A stretch of 9,497 bases of DNA from IMG/VR virus record IMGVR_UViG_3300014510_000025, one strand, 5' to 3'. The stretch comes from a virus. Its lineage: Duplodnaviria > Heunggongvirae > Uroviricota > Caudoviricetes. The number at the start of each line of letters is the position of its first letter. The first letter of the stretch is position 1. The notes beneath the pieces are model-generated. The model worked only from the letters and a program-made list of their open reading frames with translations, was not told the origin of the DNA and searched no databases. Both the position numbers and the translations under genes were made by a program. Positions 6,895 through 9,497 of the stretch are shown one piece after another.

Positions 6895-7533
6895 TTACAT
6901 ATAAAACATAGTTACCCCATGAATAACCATTAGCAGATCATCAATTATGTAAATCTTTTGTTTCAGGTTTTTTGGGTGTTGTGACAACAAATGGCTATAG
7001 CGTTTAAGCAAAATATTAGAAAGATTAAACTCATTCATGAAGTGTTCTTCTAATAAGTAACCATCAATATCAACTTTAATATCATTACTACTTTTCATCT
7101 TCTGTAACGTAGATTTTACACACTCCAGCAGGATGCTTTGCTCATGGTAATAGTCCATAAGAAGAGTAACATCCTCTTTATCAAGTTTACTTAATTCACT
7201 GAAGTAGGCTTTAAAAACTTTATCAGTCTGGTTTAATGCAATCTGTAAGCGAGGCCCTCCTAATGATTTGACATTAATGGCAAAAGGCTCGCCAACAAAA
7301 TGCTCCGAATTTTCGTCAAAGCCAATATTTCTCGTTTTATCAAGAAAAGTGAGAGCGCGATGGTTATTAGCGATTTCATATGCAAACATTGTTCTGATAC
7401 TGTCTCTCTCAGCCTCCATGCTTATATCATCACGATGATTCGTATAAAATATATTTCCAATAAAGAGAACCATAGCAAGAATCACTGAACTTGCCTCCCA
7501 ATTAATATTTTTTAATCGTCGCTTAGTAAACAT
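6895..7533 (-). CDS. Hypothetical membrane-anchored protein, 212 aa; AT-rich cargo gene at the position of the P2 Z/fun lysogenic-conversion locus (candidate superinfection-exclusion or anti-phage protein)
   Basis: Clean 639-nt ORF in roughly 30% GC DNA, where stops are frequent by chance. ATG at 7533..7531 is preceded by AAGGTG. The N-terminus MFTKRRLKNINWEASSVILAMVLFIGNIFY is a basic patch plus a hydrophobic segment of about 20 residues (signal anchor); the remainder is hydrophilic with no motif I recognise. It lies between G and FI, where P2 has Z/fun. Function is inferred from context only. Confidence 0.75.
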   Translation of the reverse strand: MFTKRRLKNINWEASSVILAMVLFIGNIFYTNHRDDISMEAERDSIRTMFAYEIANNHRALTFLDKTRNIGFDENSEHFVGEPFAINVKSLGGPRLQIALNQTDKVFKAYFSELSKLDKEDVTLLMDYYHEQSILLECVKSTLQKMKSSNDIKVDIDGYLLEEHFMNEFNLSNILLKRYSHLLSQHPKNLKQKIYIIDDLLMVIHGVTMFYM

Positions 7534-7599
7534 ACCGCACCTTAATTATCAAAAATATTCCTTCAGTGTTATCTGGTTAGCCTAAACCAAGACATTAAA

Positions 7600-7660
7600 G
7601 TCCGCAGGATATCATATACATAAAATGTATTGATTAGAATTTGCACTAATAAAATAATGC
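7600..7660 (-). promoter_or_regulatory. AT-rich putative promoter region for the cargo ORF (possible -10 TATGAT at 7616..7611)
   Basis: 221-bp AT-rich intergenic region between the G stop and the cargo start. Hexamer read from the minus strand; no strong -35. Speculative. Confidence 0.2.
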
Positions 7661-7754
7661 TTTACTAAAATCTACTCCAGACACAGAGCGGCCTGTCAGA
7701 TTAGGCTTTACTCTGTGCCATAGATATGTAAGCTCACACCAGAGCTCATACAAC

Positions 7755-8282
7755 TTATTGCGGCATTTCCGGCCATTCAGGATTTGCAGGATCCACACGA
7801 CTGACCAGAACGCTGTAACGCTCCCATGCATCCAGTCGGCTACGCTCCTCATCTGTTGCCATATTCAGCCTGACAGCGCGCTCCAGCGGCACAATCACGG
7901 ATTCGGCTTCGGAAAGCAAAGTTGCCTTTTGTGATTCTGCCAGTTGCTGCTGTTCGTCTGCCGTATAAATCCGCTTAATCACGGCACCATCCTTAAACAT
8001 CCATTTACCTGAGTCATCAGCACGTCGGTTGGCGGTAATATCAGGAACCTCGACAACGCTAAAACCTTCAGGGTTAAGCGTTGAAGCATCTCTGGTGATG
8101 CCGACAATTATATTATTCTCGTCGTAAACAATCTTTATCGTGTCTTCCTGAAAATTACTTACTTCCTCATACCAGTTTTTTCCGTCTTCAGACCATAACC
8201 AGACAACATCAAAATTTTTTGTCAGTTGATATTGGGCAACAGTTTTGGGATTACCCGCAGTAATATTTTTTAAATGCTGCAT
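7755..8282 (-). CDS. G: Tail fibre assembly protein G (P2 gpG-like, Tfa family), 175 aa
   Basis: 175-aa ORF, the same length as P2 gpG, starting 3 nt after the H stop (TAATTTATG). The translation ends ...[31 protein letters not shown], which I recognise as the C-terminal signature of phage tail-fibre assembly chaperones. Confidence 0.88.
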   Translation of the reverse strand: MQHLKNITAGNPKTVAQYQLTKNFDVVWLWSEDGKNWYEEVSNFQEDTIKIVYDENNIIVGITRDASTLNPEGFSVVEVPDITANRRADDSGKWMFKDGAVIKRIYTADEQQQLAESQKATLLSEAESVIVPLERAVRLNMATDEERSRLDAWERYSVLVSRVDPANPEWPEMPQ

Positions 8283-8285
8283 AAA

Positions 8286-9497
8286 TTATACCTGTGCGAC
8301 GTTATACCATGTGCCATTAATGTATTTTTGTATTGGTCTGAATACTGCGGGGTCATCACCATCGACTTCACCGACAATACCAAGCCCTGTAATTACATGG
8401 CCTGATTTTTCATACATCACACCTTTTTGCATAGTCTGAACAACACGTGTGCCCAGGCGAATATCTCGTACATAGCGAGAATCCGATTCAGCTTTGGTAT
8501 ATGCACCAATATCTCCCGCAGAGGGTTTGCGGGTTGTGGTGTAAAACTCTGACCAGTTAGCCTCAAATCCATAACCATCACGTGCTGAACGATAAAAAAT
8601 ACCGCCGTTCTTATGATTCACACGGAACTGTACGGCAGGGCAACTCCCCGCATTCATATTGAAGTGGAGGATTAATGTCGATGCACCGCTGATATCTGCA
8701 TCATAAACACCGCTATTCCAGTTCCAGCCAACAGCTTTATCATTTGCAACCCTGCTTCCTGTTTGCCCTAAAGCAAATGCAGGCTGCTGGTTTTTCGTGT
8801 TGTAGTCTCGTCGCCAGCCGGGGGCATAAGCATCACCATGATTAATATAAGTGAATTGAGCGTTAGTGGTGCCGCCTCCGGTAGAAGTGCTTGGTGTTGT
8901 TACACGGATGGTCATGGCACCTTTATTACCCATAACCTCAATAACGCAACCTGCAAGATGAATAGTTCCACAGCCAGTATCGGTAATAATTTTATTATTG
9001 CCGTATGACCATGAACATTTGCACATCCAGTACGGATGATTAAATGCACCACGGGAATCCAGCCATTCAATAAACTGAGCGGTTGTCCAGTTTCCGGCTT
9101 CAGTGCTCAAAGCGCCGCTATAAGCACGACAGGCACCGATATTTTTCGTGAAGGTATCCTTTCCCGGAATATCCGCACCGTTCTGATCTTTCTGAAGACG
9201 TTTTTCAGCATTGTCATAGGCAGACTTCACTGCTTTTGGTGTTGCGGCCAGCGTTTCAGAATCACTGTTGGCGGCGCTACTGAGCTGAACAAGACCTTTC
9301 CGCGCCGTGGTGGCGTCCTGTGCAGTGTATTTCCCGTTAGCAAGGTCATACGCGGCCTTTACCGCCTTTGGCGTTGCCGCAAGCGTGTCAGAATCGCGGT
9401 TGGTGACGCTACTGAGCTGGACAAGACCTTTTCGCGCTGTGGTGGCGTCCTGTGCGGTATATTTCCCGTTAGCAAGGTCATATGCTGCTTTTACCGC
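8286..9497 (-). CDS. H: Tail fibre protein H (P2 gpH-like), 3' portion only; the 5' end lies beyond the window
   Basis: The frame is open from the window edge: manual translation of 9497 downward gives AVKAAYDLANGKYTAQDATTARKGLVQLSSVTNRDSDTLAATPKAVKAAYDLANGKYTAQDA..., in frame with the ORF-track entry 8286..9230. The start shown at 9230 is internal. The C-terminal region is the presumed receptor-binding domain. Confidence 0.88.
   Translation of the reverse strand, partial: AVKAAYDLANGKYTAQDATTARKGLVQLSSVTNRDSDTLAATPKAVKAAYDLANGKYTAQDATTARKGLVQLSSAANSDSETLAATPKAVKSAYDNAEKRLQKDQNGADIPGKDTFTKNIGACRAYSGALSTEAGNWTTAQFIEWLDSRGAFNHPYWMCKCSWSYGNNKIITDTGCGTIHLAGCVIEVMGNKGAMTIRVTTPSTSTGGGTTNAQFTYINHGDAYAPGWRRDYNTKNQQPAFALGQTGSRVANDKAVGWNWNSGVYDADISGASTLILHFNMNAGSCPAVQFRVNHKNGGIFYRSARDGYGFEANWSEFYTTTRKPSAGDIGAYTKAESDSRYVRDIRLGTRVVQTMQKGVMYEKSGHVITGLGIVGEVDGDDPAVFRPIQKYINGTWYNVAQV
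9234..9497. repeat. Tandem direct repeat, 132-bp unit (44 codons), at least 2 copies, inside the tail-fibre gene
   Basis: The strings ctactgagctg (9277 and 9409) and caaggtcata (9341 and 9473) recur at exactly 132-bp offset with only a few mismatches. The period is a multiple of 3, so the protein repeat KAVKAAYDLANGKYTAQDATTARKGLVQLSS... is preserved. The array may continue beyond the window. Confidence 0.85.

Larger units (their letters stand above)
1..9497 (-). mobile_element. P2-like prophage, late tail-gene region (partial; continues beyond both window ends)
   Basis: Collinear minus-strand order H-G-[cargo]-FI-FII-E/E'-T-U-D-ogr, each recognisable from its translation, with tight spacing and overlapping stop/start codons typical of a phage late operon. 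Basis: translations seen in sequence plus established P2 gene order. Confidence 0.9.

Noticed and set aside
6690-6911. Plus-strand 73-aa ORF in the cargo-FI intergenic region (GTG start)
   Set aside because: It has a non-ATG start without a Shine-Dalgarno, runs antisense across the terminator hairpin and the 3' end of the cargo gene, and its translation is not protein-like. I cannot fully exclude a small antisense gene, but nothing supports one.
7682-7717. Inverted repeat CACAGAG (7682..7688) / CTCTGTG (7711..7717) downstream of G, considered as a terminator for the tail-fibre operon
   Set aside because: The 22-nt loop is long, the stem is only 7 bp, and no T-tract follows on the minus strand. 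It is kept only as part of the flank-motif observation.
7300-7852. Plus-strand ORF 7300..7488 (antisense inside the cargo gene) and minus-strand ORF 7646..7852 (overlapping the 3' end of G in another frame)
   Set aside because: Both overlap stronger gene calls and lack start signals. 7646..7852 extends only about 100 bp into intergenic DNA with a Trp/Cys-rich improbable translation.
8245-8439. Plus-strand 64-aa ORF spanning the H/G junction
   Set aside because: It is antisense to the H stop and G start, with an implausible Cys/Pro/Ile-rich translation.
1-9497. CRISPR arrays, tRNA or rRNA genes, integrase, transposase or insertion-sequence ends
   Set aside because: No spacer-repeat periodicity, no cloverleaf-like conserved tRNA features and no recombinase-like ORF were seen. 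The only tandem repeat is the in-frame 132-bp coding repeat in H.

Overview
This window is the late tail-gene block of a P2-like (Peduovirus-type) prophage, with every convincing gene on the minus strand. Reading 5'->3' on the minus strand the order is: tail fibre H (3' part, runs off the window end), tail-fibre assembly G, an AT-rich 212-aa cargo ORF, tail sheath FI, tail tube FII (interrupted by a 10-N gap), E and its -1 frameshift product E+E', tape measure T, U, D, and the zinc-finger late activator Ogr, whose stop codon is at position 1. Product calls rest on my reading of the translations against remembered P2 proteins and gene order; no database search was run. The main candidate for something undescribed is the cargo ORF at 6895..7533: it sits where P2 carries its AT-rich Z/fun lysogenic-conversion gene, encodes a membrane-anchored protein with no motif I recognise, and is flanked by phased CTGACA/TGTCAG motifs and an intrinsic terminator. 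I cannot tell from sequence alone whether it is P2 Fun(Z) itself or a replacement cargo. Other points: the E/E' slippery site is intact, the tail-fibre gene carries 132-bp in-frame tandem repeats, and the N-gap makes the FII 3' end uncertain. No tRNA, rRNA, CRISPR array, integrase or att site was seen.
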